A stretch of DNA of 64,000 nucleotides from a phage: the NCBI GenBank assembly GCA_024673055.1, contig GCA_024673055.1_4537.1. One strand, given 5' to 3'. The notes beneath the pieces are model-generated. The model was not told the DNA's origin and did not search any database. It saw nothing but the letters and a program-made list of their open reading frames with translations. This document shows positions 40,466-49,813 of this stretch, one piece after another; within the stretch, counting starts at the first letter, position 1; every line of letters begins with the position of its first letter. Position numbers and translations under genes: made by a program.

Positions 40466-40954
40466 TTATTTTTTAGACTTGCTTTTTGTGATTTTTGTTT
40501 CGATTGCATTTATCATGTGTGCCGTATCTATTAAGATATGATTAGAATAGTTGCCTTTATCTTGTCGTATCTTAATTGTCACAGGAGATAAAGGACGATA
40601 ACGTTGCATTGCAATCGCTTGAGCTATTCCTTCTCTAGAGGCTCTCGCTATAGGCTCAAAAACAGCTAACCCGACATTATTCATTAAGTAATTTGCAAAC
40701 ACCTGCTTCATCTTTTTAGCGATATTGTTCTGTGAGATAACAGCACCATCTGTTATAAAAGGGCGAGCAGGTATGTTATTTGTTTCATTACCATATTGTT
40801 GAATAGCTGCTATTGCAGGAATAGTGAGATCTGATTCAGGATGCCTTTTGTTTGTTAAAAAACCAGCTTCGATTTGAACTTGTTCAAGGTCCATCATCTT
40901 TTTGATAATGGTTTCCCAATCTGTATCGTCACCTGGTAAGATCTCACTTTCCAT
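40466..40954 (-). CDS. Hypothetical head-tail joining protein
   Basis: 162 aa ORF. Confidence 0.45.
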   Translation of the reverse strand: MESEILPGDDTDWETIIKKMMDLEQVQIEAGFLTNKRHPESDLTIPAIAAIQQYGNETNNIPARPFITDGAVISQNNIAKKMKQVFANYLMNNVGLAVFEPIARASREGIAQAIAMQRYRPLSPVTIKIRQDKGNYSNHILIDTAHMINAIETKITKSKSKK

Positions 40955-41502
40955 TATTTGTCCCTACGATAAAAAGAAACAGGTCCGTAATTTCGCAAAT
41001 AATTAACGTTGCGTGTATTACGATCAACACTTGCAACATTACCAAGACCATTTACAGAGTTAGGATCACTGTTTACTCGATCAATCTCACGAGCATCAAC
41101 ACCACCAATAAGAACTTTACTGGTTGCTCCTCGTCCTGCCGTGCACCCAGGGATCACCATAAGACCATTTAAATAGTTATGATAGATATCTTCCCACGGA
41201 GATTTATAAGTGACTTGACCGTTGTTAAATTTAACTTCAACTTCGACTTCACCCATCTTTTCTCTGCGGGACATAGCTCCTCCTGTTTGAGTATTGTTGT
41301 TAAGAACATCGTTGTTCCATAAATACTCTAAAACAGAAATCAAGCTGTTCCACAATACTGCACACTTATCCTTATCTTCATTCCCTATAATATCAATCCA
41401 AGTTTGGATGATCTGAATCAGCATTGCATCTGGCAATACTTCTTGAGAAGGGTTATAAACAAGAATTCGGATCAGTGGTGCCAACTCTACCGCATTCAGC
41501 AT
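40954..41502 (-). CDS. Hypothetical head-tail joining protein
   Basis: 182 aa ORF with overlapping start/stop. Confidence 0.45.
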   Translation of the reverse strand: MLNAVELAPLIRILVYNPSQEVLPDAMLIQIIQTWIDIIGNEDKDKCAVLWNSLISVLEYLWNNDVLNNNTQTGGAMSRREKMGEVEVEVKFNNGQVTYKSPWEDIYHNYLNGLMVIPGCTAGRGATSKVLIGGVDAREIDRVNSDPNSVNGLGNVASVDRNTRNVNYLRNYGPVSFYRRDK

Positions 41503-41511
41503 AAGCCCACC

Positions 41512-41910
41512 TTATTTTTTACGAAGGGAACGTTTTTTAGCTGGAGTGTCTACCGCTTCTACTTTTAAAACTTCTTCTTTGATTTTTACAGGTGCATAGT
41601 CTTCGTAACTTACAAGATAGTAACCCATGTGTTCTTCACTTGCAAAAGGATGCACAAGAATACCTGTTTCTTCTCTCAAACGCGTGAGGAAGTGAATGAA
41701 GTTTCCACCTAATGCAATACGACCATCTTTCAGATAGAAAGACATTGGTGGCGCAGATACTAATGTTTTATCAGCATCAATCAGTGGTGAAAGCGATTCG
41801 AAATCACGAATCATTTCGTGATAACTAAAGTAACGTTTCAATTCTGGGTTTGACATATCAATCTCCTCATTGTAAACTCTTATTGTAAACAGAAAAGGCT
41901 CGCCCATCAC
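41512..41910 (-). CDS. Hypothetical protein
   Basis: 132 aa ORF downstream of the capsid gene. Confidence 0.45.
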   Translation of the reverse strand: MMGEPFLFTIRVYNEEIDMSNPELKRYFSYHEMIRDFESLSPLIDADKTLVSAPPMSFYLKDGRIALGGNFIHFLTRLREETGILVHPFASEEHMGYYLVSYEDYAPVKIKEEVLKVEAVDTPAKKRSLRKK

Positions 41911-41920
41911 GGACGAGCCT
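41896..41920 (-). terminator. Terminator-like hairpin after major capsid gene (minus strand)
   Basis: AGGCTCG...CGAGCCT inverted repeat followed on the minus strand by UUUUCUGUUU. Confidence 0.45.
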
Positions 41921-41940
41921 CTAATATTAACAGAGTTCTA

Positions 41941-42942
41941 TTAAGCCGTAGTCAGTTTAACTACCAGTTCTGGACGGGTGTTAACTGCGAGCAGCGAGAA
42001 TTCAGACTGAAGCTGAATAGTGCGGTGCTGGCTGATCATGAAGGTATACAGTTCACGAGCCTGGGTGTTAGCCAGTTCTGGAGTATCCGCAGGAGCGTAG
42101 TGCGCCTGGAACATACCTTCGATACCCATAGGCAGAACATATGCTTCACCAGCAGGGATGTTACCGTGGATATCTTCAATGTAAGTTACACCGTTCCATT
42201 CGAACACCTGAACATCCATGTTACCGCTAAGGCGGTCACGCAGAAGGTTAGGAGTTCCCTGGAAATACTGATATGCCTGGCGAACAAATGGAGAGTTAAC
42301 CAGAGATGCGAAAAATTCACGAGAACACAGAGCTACGATACGGGTAGCGGTAGAGCCATCTTGTTTAGTATCGATGATGTAAGCACGAGCTTCTTGTTCG
42401 ATAGTGGCTGCTGGAGAAACAGTGGTAGAAGCAAAGTCTACAGCAACAGATTTCTGGGTAGCACCCCATTCGGTATACCAGTTGTATGCAGAGTTAGCTG
42501 CACCACCTACGCCGTTATAGGCACGACCCATAACTGCTTCTGCAAAGATTTTCTCTTTGGTTTTTGCTACGTCACGCAGAATCTGGGACATATAGCGGTT
42601 AACAACTTCAGCGTCTGTGCGCAGAGAGTCATTGATTCCTGCCATTGCAAAGCTACGGAAAGATTGAATATCTTGAGCTTTGATGTTTTTATCCAGAGGG
42701 AAGAACGGAATGCGGAACGCTTTCAGTTCTGGATTTTTCATGGTCAGGAAGTTACGCTCACCACCACGCTCACGAGCGGAGATCAGAGCATCTTCAGCTT
42801 TTTCTTTACCGATTTCAATAGCGGTAGTTGAATGATAGTCAACACTGAACAGATTCAGGCTGGCAATCAGTGTATCAGGGGAATCCTGAAGTTCGATCAT
42901 AGGGCTGAAATCTACAACCTGATCTAAAATTACTGCTGGCAT
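41941..42942 (-). CDS. Major capsid protein (lambda gpE-like family)
   Basis: 333 aa, C-terminal NTQAR motif region resembling lambda gpE, follows a decoration-like gene, high GC and codon bias. Confidence 0.7.
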   Translation of the reverse strand: MPAVILDQVVDFSPMIELQDSPDTLIASLNLFSVDYHSTTAIEIGKEKAEDALISARERGGERNFLTMKNPELKAFRIPFFPLDKNIKAQDIQSFRSFAMAGINDSLRTDAEVVNRYMSQILRDVAKTKEKIFAEAVMGRAYNGVGGAANSAYNWYTEWGATQKSVAVDFASTTVSPAATIEQEARAYIIDTKQDGSTATRIVALCSREFFASLVNSPFVRQAYQYFQGTPNLLRDRLSGNMDVQVFEWNGVTYIEDIHGNIPAGEAYVLPMGIEGMFQAHYAPADTPELANTQARELYTFMISQHRTIQLQSEFSLLAVNTRPELVVKLTTA

Positions 42943-42963
42943 TATATTAATCTCCTATTAAAA

Positions 42964-43362
42964 TTAAGAAGTGAAAACGACTTTTTCGGTCAGTTTCAGA
43001 TCATGTGTTTCCAGTGCTGCTACGCCAGCGTCATCTACCAGGGAGCCATCTTTGTAGTATACTGCAAAGCGGTTCAGAGTAAGATCACGTACGCCAACAA
43101 CTGCGGTGAAAGTGTCACCTACTGCTACATCGTCAATACCGAACAGAGCATCAGTCCAAATCAGAACTTTAGCAGCATCGGCAGCTTCAGCTTTAGCAGC
43201 TTCAGTGTTGTCAGCTTTCAGGATAGAACCAATTTTCATGGTTGCTGTTTTAACCAGGTTAACTTCACGTACACAGTGTCCAAGGTCAGAGCTAAACACT
43301 CCACCCAGAACCAGGTGTCCGAATTCCTGGCGAGAGTTAGATAAAGTAATTCCTTTAGCCAT
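42964..43362 (-). CDS. Putative head decoration protein (gpD-like)
   Basis: 132 aa ORF immediately upstream of the capsid gene in the lambda D-E order. Confidence 0.4.
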   Translation of the reverse strand: MAKGITLSNSRQEFGHLVLGGVFSSDLGHCVREVNLVKTATMKIGSILKADNTEAAKAEAADAAKVLIWTDALFGIDDVAVGDTFTAVVGVRDLTLNRFAVYYKDGSLVDDAGVAALETHDLKLTEKVVFTS

Positions 43363-43381
43363 TTAATTTAATCTCCTAAGA

Positions 43382-44497
43382 TTATTGTTTCTGGGCTTTT
43401 TTAAGTTCAGCAGCTTTCTGACTAATCAGTTCAGAAGAAGATTTAGCTACAGGTTGAGTATTGATCACGTCAACACCACGTTCTGTTCCAAATTCTTTCT
43501 TAACTGCGTCCACTTCTGCACGTGCTTTTTCGAATGCTTTGACGATAGTTTCAGCAATATCTTTATTGTCTACCAGATATTTAACGAGAGCTTCAACTTT
43601 GTCTTCTTCTACGAAAGAATAGGATTTAACAACAGTTGTATATTCTTCTTCGATACGAGCTTGTTCAGCTTTACGAAGTTCTTCTGCTTCCTGTTCTGCC
43701 TTAGCGATTTTTTCCTGTGCTTCAAGTTCTGCGGCTGCACGTGCATCTGCTGCTGCTTTTTCTACAGCTTCAGCGATCTGTGCTTTCATCAGTTCTTGGA
43801 ATTCAGCAGATTTCAGGAATTCTTCTTTGTTGATATTTTCCAAAGGGGTTTCTCCTTTATTGATTCCAGTTGTGTTTGCAGATTTATCACCTGCGGGGTT
43901 AGCCTCTGCATCCACAGAGTTTGTATTAGCTTTAGCGTGAGCTTTCACTAAATAATCTTTAACTTGACTTTGTTTCAAGGAACTCTTAACGAGATTACTC
44001 AAAGCATCGTCTAAAACGTCCTCAAAGAAATCAATGGAGATCATTACATCACCATCAACAACTTGATAATCAGTAACACGAACAACAGGTTTAGCAACCT
44101 CTTCAACTTCAACATTCAGTCCGTCAACTTTAAAGCCAACAGAGAACATACCGTTATCTGAACAGAAAATTGCAACGTTCGCATCGAAGTCAGCATCAAT
44201 AACGTAAACCCAATCCCAACCAGCTTCAAATTTTTCACGCACTTTTTCAGAAATGCGATCCATCACTTGTTGAATATAGCTTTTACGTAACTCTGTAACA
44301 TCTTCTCCCATTTTAGTGAGAGCTTCTAACTTTTCAAAAGTTATGTCTGGAGATCCGTCTGACTTAAATAAAAGGGGGGTATTATAACCAGATGCCGCTC
44401 CACCTTGAAAATCAAAAGTGTAAGCAATATGAGCACCTAGTGACTCTTCCGTAGCTTTTCCAGAAAAGTCTACGTTAGTTAAATATGTATTTGCCAC
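43382..44497 (-). CDS. Putative head scaffolding protein
   Basis: 371 aa with a long Ala/Glu/Lys-rich coiled-coil C-terminal half (AAADARAAAELEAQEKIAKAEQEAEELRKAEQ). Confidence 0.45.
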   Translation of the reverse strand: MANTYLTNVDFSGKATEESLGAHIAYTFDFQGGAASGYNTPLLFKSDGSPDITFEKLEALTKMGEDVTELRKSYIQQVMDRISEKVREKFEAGWDWVYVIDADFDANVAIFCSDNGMFSVGFKVDGLNVEVEEVAKPVVRVTDYQVVDGDVMISIDFFEDVLDDALSNLVKSSLKQSQVKDYLVKAHAKANTNSVDAEANPAGDKSANTTGINKGETPLENINKEEFLKSAEFQELMKAQIAEAVEKAAADARAAAELEAQEKIAKAEQEAEELRKAEQARIEEEYTTVVKSYSFVEEDKVEALVKYLVDNKDIAETIVKAFEKARAEVDAVKKEFGTERGVDVINTQPVAKSSSELISQKAAELKKAQKQ

Positions 44498-44499
44498 GA

Positions 44500-44979
44500 T
44501 TAGTCCTTCTTGACTTTAACGCCCATTGCGCCTATACTCAAACCTTTAAGAACGCCGTCTTTACGAGCTTGATATAATTCAGGGTCGTTGAATTGGATTT
44601 TAACGAGGGGAGTTCCTTCCACAACGAGTTCGTCACCAATGTAACAATCGACTTCATTTACCCAAGCTTTAATTGGAGAAAACTTATCGGTGTTCTTCAT
44701 GTGACCAAGATTACCACTAATGTTGGTAATATTCTCATTGAAGTTGTCAACCATCTTCCTGATTTCCAAATCAGACATGCGCTCTCCGTGGAGATCGTCT
44801 TCTTCAGGTGGACAATACAAGACCTCAATAACCTGCATCTTTTCTTCATCAAATTTATTTTGTTTGACTAGAGTTTCAGGTTTTTGAGATGGTATAGAAT
44901 CTTGTTGGGATTCAGAATTCTCTTTAAAACCAGCGAAGGTTTTGAAGAGTTCCCACAGTGTATCTTTATTGAGTTCCAT
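44500..44979 (-). CDS. Hypothetical head morphogenesis protein
   Basis: 159 aa ORF between the portal and scaffold genes. Confidence 0.45.
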   Translation of the reverse strand: MELNKDTLWELFKTFAGFKENSESQQDSIPSQKPETLVKQNKFDEEKMQVIEVLYCPPEEDDLHGERMSDLEIRKMVDNFNENITNISGNLGHMKNTDKFSPIKAWVNEVDCYIGDELVVEGTPLVKIQFNDPELYQARKDGVLKGLSIGAMGVKVKKD

Positions 44980-45015
44980 TTGAAACCTCTTAAAAACAGA
45001 TATCCCATAAATCTT

Positions 45016-45044
45016 AGTCTACAGGATATTTGTTGTTTTGTCAA
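45016..45044 (-). promoter_or_regulatory. Sigma70-like promoter (minus strand) upstream of head genes
   Basis: On the minus strand CTATTGACAA (-35), 17 bp, TAGACT; shares the AACTATTGACAA-type -35 with the tRNA promoters. Confidence 0.45.
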
Positions 45045-45072
45045 TAGAAAAATTAAAAAATATTAAATATTT

Positions 45073-46638
45073 TTAATTCGACAGATTTTGTGCTGAAGGA
45101 TCTAAAGCAGAAACAGTATCAGACGTTCCAGTTCCCGCTGTAGCTAAACCATCTCCTGATCGTGAAGTTTTGTCAGGCATATAGTTATCCATGAATTCAA
45201 AGAATTTCTCTTTATTGGCAACAATATCGTCAGGGATACGATATTCAAAACCAATTTTTTCAAGGAACTCGTTAATAACTTCTGGGGTTAAAGGTATTGC
45301 ACCAGAGGCTACCAACTGCTGAATAGCTTTAGCATTTACTTCAATATCAGGATCACCCATTTCACCACTGACAAACTTAGGCATATCTTCATCAGAAAGG
45401 AAGATATTGTTTAGTCGTAGTGTTTGAGGGATCAGTTGAGAGTTTATAGCTTCTACAACAATATCTACATCTCGCTCAATAAAATGAGACAATAGTGTTT
45501 GTTTGTTGTCAGAAAGCGCAAAACTTCCTGCATCACCATCACCCATAATCAACACACCCGCACCAAAGCGGTTATAAATATCTAGCTTGCGTTGTTTGAT
45601 TAGTGCTTGAGTGTCAAACTGTTTACCTGTGCCATCAACACCTTGGAATACAAGATCGTATTGACGCATCACTGTGCCTTCATAAACGTCTGAAGGCAAC
45701 ACCATGTAGGCTTGCTCACCAGAGTGCAGGTTAGCGATGTTGGCTTGGAGAACTCGAAGAGATTGTGCTTCATCCCCCGCAGGATCTAAAGATGCCCTGT
45801 TTAGAATGTCACTTGGAACCTTAAGAACTGGCATACCGCCTAAATCTTTAGATACCCCAATAACCTCAAATTCCTGAATAAGAGATTTTTCACGCCAGCT
45901 ACGATATACAGCTAAAAGCGGACTAACTCCTAATGGGTTATTCTCTGTAATGTTGCTACCAACAAATAAAACTTTACTGAAAGGAATTTCTTTAATACCC
46001 GTTTCTAAAGTTGTATTACCTGGAGCTAACATCGTATTGGTGATATTCTGGTTAACAGATAGAATAGAACGTCCGTCTGCCGAATATGTAAAAGGTTGAG
46101 CCATGTGAAGAGTGTCTTGTGGTCTAAAAGCCAGTTTGGTTAATCGCCAATACCCAAAGTAAGGACTTTTAGGATCTTCATCCAACTCATAAACTTTCTC
46201 TGCGAATGCAAAACCATATTGCTTATATGTCAAAAGTGATCTAACATATTGACGTAGAGGGGCTTGCATATTGCGCAACATGTAATCAATAAACTTAGCA
46301 GCTTTTCTTGACTTTGCCGAGTTTACATTGTATTTTATCTTGAAATCAAAGAATGCTCTATCTACAAAGATATATGTAGCGTCAAGAGCAGTAGCTACAT
46401 CAGGGTCTTCACCCATCTCTTTAAAAGTGCGAATACATTCTGGGAAACGAGTCTCATAAGGTTGCATGAAATTCGTAAATGCTTTGATTGAGTTTAATCC
46501 GATCGTTCCTATTTCAGGTGACAGGAGTAACGTTTTCTCTTTCTCTGCTTCTTTTGTTGGAGAGAGAGCAGCTTTATTTGCAGCACCTTTGTCCCAGTAT
46601 TCTGACTTTTTAGTGTACGTTCTTTTTCCTGTTGACAC
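45073..46638 (-). CDS. Putative portal protein
   Basis: 521 aa ORF immediately downstream of the large terminase gene. Confidence 0.55.
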   Translation of the reverse strand: MSTGKRTYTKKSEYWDKGAANKAALSPTKEAEKEKTLLLSPEIGTIGLNSIKAFTNFMQPYETRFPECIRTFKEMGEDPDVATALDATYIFVDRAFFDFKIKYNVNSAKSRKAAKFIDYMLRNMQAPLRQYVRSLLTYKQYGFAFAEKVYELDEDPKSPYFGYWRLTKLAFRPQDTLHMAQPFTYSADGRSILSVNQNITNTMLAPGNTTLETGIKEIPFSKVLFVGSNITENNPLGVSPLLAVYRSWREKSLIQEFEVIGVSKDLGGMPVLKVPSDILNRASLDPAGDEAQSLRVLQANIANLHSGEQAYMVLPSDVYEGTVMRQYDLVFQGVDGTGKQFDTQALIKQRKLDIYNRFGAGVLIMGDGDAGSFALSDNKQTLLSHFIERDVDIVVEAINSQLIPQTLRLNNIFLSDEDMPKFVSGEMGDPDIEVNAKAIQQLVASGAIPLTPEVINEFLEKIGFEYRIPDDIVANKEKFFEFMDNYMPDKTSRSGDGLATAGTGTSDTVSALDPSAQNLSN

Positions 46639-46707
46639 TTGTTCCTCCAGTCAGGTATAAAATCGTTAAGGCAAGGCTGTATTATATACAACCTCACCTA
46701 TCTAGTT

Positions 46708-46736
46708 ATAATACACTTTAAAGTGACTTTTGTCAA
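46708..46736 (-). promoter_or_regulatory. Sigma70-like promoter (minus strand) upstream of portal gene
   Basis: On the minus strand TTGACA, 17 bp, TATTAT, in the terminase-portal intergenic region. Confidence 0.5.
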
Positions 46737-46739
46737 CAA

Positions 46740-48815
46740 TTATCTTTTACGGACACTATACGGTTGGTGAAATCCGCTGTTCATTCTACTGTATCCTGTA
46801 GGAGCATTTGTTGTTGTAGGGATAGCTACTGCTTTGAAAGTATTCTCTTTTGACAGAGTATTAAAACAAGAGGCAGCAGCATCGGGAATGTCATCTTTAA
46901 TAGTGGCTGTAGATCTTTCACCATTGAAAGATTCCAATTCTTTATAAAAGTGGGTTAAAGTTTCCACATTAGGGAAAGAATCTTCAACAATATAAACAAA
47001 ACCGTTTTGACACGCACTACTAAAAGGCATAAAACGCTGAAGCTTTTTCTTGTTACCTGGCATAGCATCTGGTTTAACAACAAAACCTTCTAGAATAAGT
47101 TTCTTTGCAGACTCTGTGTATTCTATTGTCCCAGCACCAGATGGGTCTTTAGGAAGCACTACTGTAACTTCTGGTCCATCAATCTTACATTGATTTAGAA
47201 TCAGGTTATCCCTTTCCCCAGGTAGTCTTCGAAACCTTCCGAAAATTTTACTTTTCTCATCCACAGCATCATAATCATAGTCGCCAAAGATGTAGATATT
47301 ACCATCTTGATCTTTACCCATTTTGACAGATGTTGTATAGTCTGGATAACGGTAAGTTTCTGTAGGAACTGAAACAGCTTTATCCCATGCTCGCATTAGT
47401 TTAAGATTGTTAGGAACATCTTTATAAGATATTTTATGTAACCATTCACGTTGAAAGAAAGATTCTTTCTGGATACGTGCAAACCAACAACCGTCCAGAA
47501 GCTGTGCTCTTTTGATAGCTGTTTGTGATTTAAGCTGTGCTAAGTAATTAGGGTTAAGCCTAATGAGTTCTGGGTTATCAAATATTGTCCCACCAATAAA
47601 TACGAAAGTTTGTGGTTCAATAACAACTGTCTCCCCTGTATTAGGGTTTTCCATGAAACAGTTTTCTGGATATTTTTCTTTCAGTTCTTCAGGTGTGTCA
47701 GCAAAAACAGGTTCATCGTTAACAATGATGAAATATTTTTGTTTACCACACATATCTTCTCTAGGATAACCACCCTCATCAAGATAAGGTAACACCCAAT
47801 TCAAAACCCAACTATCTGCGTCAGGGTTACATGTGCACAACATGAAACTTGTTTCTGACTCTGAACGCATACGTCCCAGAAGATAGAGCATTTCATATTG
47901 TGTGAAGTGGGTTAACTCGTCAAAACCTACCATTGAATACTGTGTACCCTGATGGTTTGTTTCTGCTGTTACGTTATCATTTTCCAAATGGTCAAATTTG
48001 AGGGTTCCACCACCAGTGGCTTCAAAAATGATATCCATTGTACTTTCTTTTACGTGTGGTTGTAAAGGAAGATACAAACGTTTTGCTTCTGTAAACAGAC
48101 CACCTGGTTTACGGTGAGCAGTGGTGTTCTTACGGAAAAGTATTCCACCAAACAAAGGGTCTTTGTAGGCGTATTTTAAAGCTTTCAGCAATAGCAGACG
48201 AGACTTGCCGCTATTCCCAGTAACGAAGCAGTGATCGCCACGTCTAAAGACAATATAGCTGCTTGGAGTCTCAAAACAATATTTCTTATCATCTGTTGAA
48301 ATAACCTCGTGTATTTTTAAGTAAGTGCTCTTTTTACCAGGTATGTTAAAAGGAACACGTTTACCGAATGGATTTTCTACATAACCTTGCAGGGGTTTTC
48401 CTATTTGCTGTAATGCAATAAGATCTCCTACAAGAATCTCGAAATGTTTCTTTGATTTCTTTTTCTTATAGAATACAAAACGGTGTTCCATACTAAGTTC
48501 TTGGAATAATCCTACACCATTTGTTATTCTGTATAGGTTATCTCCATTTAAATCGTATTCTACAAAATAAGGTGTTACCAATTCTAAACGCTTATTCTTA
48601 GGATTGTATTGGTAAATATCCTCTCCCGAATATTCACTAATCTGCCTCCAACCATCTTTTGTAAGATATTCCGTTTCAGCAGAAACACATCCAGCGGCAC
48701 CACCATAAATCATAACTTCTGGCATTAAATCCATTGCAAGAGTCTGTTTACCTGGTTGAGCCTTTACCTCAATATCTACTCCAGCTAAACTACCTGCTGC
48801 CTTTTTCTTTGCCAC
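46740..48815 (-). CDS. Terminase large subunit, interrupted by a mini-intein in the Walker A P-loop
   Basis: P-loop split as ...IYGGAAG [159 aa insert] SGKSRLL...; Walker B-like MVGFDELTHF; GTG start. Confidence 0.85.
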   Translation of the reverse strand: MAKKKAAGSLAGVDIEVKAQPGKQTLAMDLMPEVMIYGGAAGCVSAETEYLTKDGWRQISEYSGEDIYQYNPKNKRLELVTPYFVEYDLNGDNLYRITNGVGLFQELSMEHRFVFYKKKKSKKHFEILVGDLIALQQIGKPLQGYVENPFGKRVPFNIPGKKSTYLKIHEVISTDDKKYCFETPSSYIVFRRGDHCFVTGNSGKSRLLLLKALKYAYKDPLFGGILFRKNTTAHRKPGGLFTEAKRLYLPLQPHVKESTMDIIFEATGGGTLKFDHLENDNVTAETNHQGTQYSMVGFDELTHFTQYEMLYLLGRMRSESETSFMLCTCNPDADSWVLNWVLPYLDEGGYPREDMCGKQKYFIIVNDEPVFADTPEELKEKYPENCFMENPNTGETVVIEPQTFVFIGGTIFDNPELIRLNPNYLAQLKSQTAIKRAQLLDGCWFARIQKESFFQREWLHKISYKDVPNNLKLMRAWDKAVSVPTETYRYPDYTTSVKMGKDQDGNIYIFGDYDYDAVDEKSKIFGRFRRLPGERDNLILNQCKIDGPEVTVVLPKDPSGAGTIEYTESAKKLILEGFVVKPDAMPGNKKKLQRFMPFSSACQNGFVYIVEDSFPNVETLTHFYKELESFNGERSTATIKDDIPDAAASCFNTLSKENTFKAVAIPTTTNAPTGYSRMNSGFHQPYSVRKR
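48213..48689 (-). mobile_element. Mini-intein (159 aa) inserted in terminase P-loop
   Basis: Insert starts with Cys (CVSAETEYLTKDGWRQISEYSGEDIYQYN, block A-like), has an (S/T)xxH block B (SMEHRF), ends ...FVTGN with Ser at +1; excision would restore GGAAGSGKS. Confidence 0.75.
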
Positions 48816-48824
48816 ATTCCCTCC

Positions 48825-49169
48825 TTATTCAGCAATAATACCTTTTTCTTGCAGTGTTTTAATATATGTTTGTAAACCTAAAACCTTTCGTCTATCTTGC
48901 TCCCAAAGAGCATTGTTTTGAGTTTGGTTGTTAACAACTTCAGATCTACTAACCCCTTTTGCAATTTGATTTTTAGTGTATGGCACAGGTGTCGATACTT
49001 TATCCATCAAGTCCGAATCTGGACCTTTAACCTTTTCTATGGCTACAGCCTTACACTCATCAATAAGAACTGGGGAAACTTTTGTTGATGATGAACAACC
49101 CGTCATCATTAGGGGCAAAGCAAGACATACTGCCAGAATTAGTTTTTGCATAATTCGTTGTATCCTCAT
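48825..49169 (-). CDS. Putative o-spanin (outer-membrane lipoprotein, Rz1-like)
   Basis: Signal peptide with lipobox (LPLMMTGC); overlaps the 3' part of the upstream coiled-coil membrane protein gene. Confidence 0.55.
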   Translation of the reverse strand: MRIQRIMQKLILAVCLALPLMMTGCSSSTKVSPVLIDECKAVAIEKVKGPDSDLMDKVSTPVPYTKNQIAKGVSRSEVVNNQTQNNALWEQDRRKVLGLQTYIKTLQEKGIIAE

Positions 49170-49452
49170 TGATCGTTTGTTTCTTCTTCTCTAAATCTGC
49201 TTTTAATTGTGCATTGTTTTTAGACAAGTTGTTTATTTGAGTATTTAATAATGCTCTTTCTTCATCTGCTCTTTTTTGAAGAACATCAAAATCTTGTTTT
49301 GCTTTTGCTTGGGCTGCTTGATATACTTGCGTTTGATAGGCAACACCATCTTTGTAGCCAGACTCACGTATCTTGTTATAAGCAAACATTCCGGCAAGAA
49401 TAAGAACAACAATTAAAACAAAACTTAATACAGTTTTAGTCTTTAGATTCAT
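49060..49452 (-). CDS. Putative i-spanin (Rz-like)
   Basis: N-terminal TM helix (VLSFVLIVVLILAGMFAY) and coiled-coil periplasmic domain; 110-nt out-of-frame overlap with the lipoprotein gene. Confidence 0.55.
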   Translation of the reverse strand: MNLKTKTVLSFVLIVVLILAGMFAYNKIRESGYKDGVAYQTQVYQAAQAKAKQDFDVLQKRADEERALLNTQINNLSKNNAQLKADLEKKKQTINEDTTNYAKTNSGSMSCFAPNDDGLFIINKSFPSSY

Positions 49453-49651
49453 TATCTTCTACTTCCTCATAAAATTTTATTTTAGGAAGAGAAGGGGCGT
49501 TGTTAACTATCTTCTTCACTTCCATCGGTTGAGCCTCCGCTAGGATCTCTTCCCACGTCTTCTCTGTCATCATAAAGTTCTTCCTCCAAGTTCCAAGCCC
49601 GTGTGTAATCATTCTTTTTATCTTTATGATAAGAAGAACGGTTAAAATCAT
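49436..49651 (-). CDS. Hypothetical protein (uncertain frame)
   Basis: Track ORF of 71 aa; an alternative 56 aa ORF in another frame (49503..49673) has a stronger RBS (GAGGAGG). Confidence 0.3.
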   Translation of the reverse strand: MILTVLLIIKIKRMITHGLGTWRKNFMMTEKTWEEILAEAQPMEVKKIVNNAPSLPKIKFYEEVEDNESKD

Positions 49652-49694
49652 TTTTAACTACAAAATTGCGCATATTTTATCCTCCTCATATCTG

Positions 49695-49724
49695 ATCTTA
49701 TCACAAAATGATATACAATTGCAA
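49695..49724 (-). promoter_or_regulatory. Candidate sigma70-like promoter (minus strand) for the lysis/packaging operon
   Basis: On the minus strand TTGCAA, 18 bp, TAAGAT, followed by a GAGGAGG RBS. Confidence 0.4.
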
Positions 49725-49730
49725 GCATTA

Positions 49731-49764
49731 AAAATAAAAAAGCCCCTAACCTTTCGGAGAGGGG
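49731..49764 (-). terminator. Rho-independent terminator (minus strand)
   Basis: On the minus strand CCCCUCUCC-GAAA-GGUUAGGGG hairpin followed by CUUUUUUAUUUUU; a second GGGGC-AAA-GCCCC hairpin is adjacent. Confidence 0.5.
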
Positions 49765-49813
49765 TGTTAAAAATAACAAGGAGGAGGGGCAAAGCCCCAA
49801 GAGAGGAGAGGGA

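Noticed and set aside
42025-42831. 268 aa plus-strand ORF antisense to the major capsid gene
   Set aside because: It is fully embedded antisense in a strongly supported, codon-biased structural gene; long antisense ORFs are expected in GC-skewed coding sequence. The same applies to other embedded antisense ORFs (43385..43951, 9800..10342, 13796..14131, 16627..17025).
49503-49673. Alternative 56 aa minus-strand ORF with a strong GAGGAGG RBS upstream of the spanin genes
   Set aside because: Its product is low-complexity and acidic with no recognisable features, and it overlaps the track ORF 49436..49651 in another frame; the two cannot be distinguished from sequence alone, so it is noted but not called.
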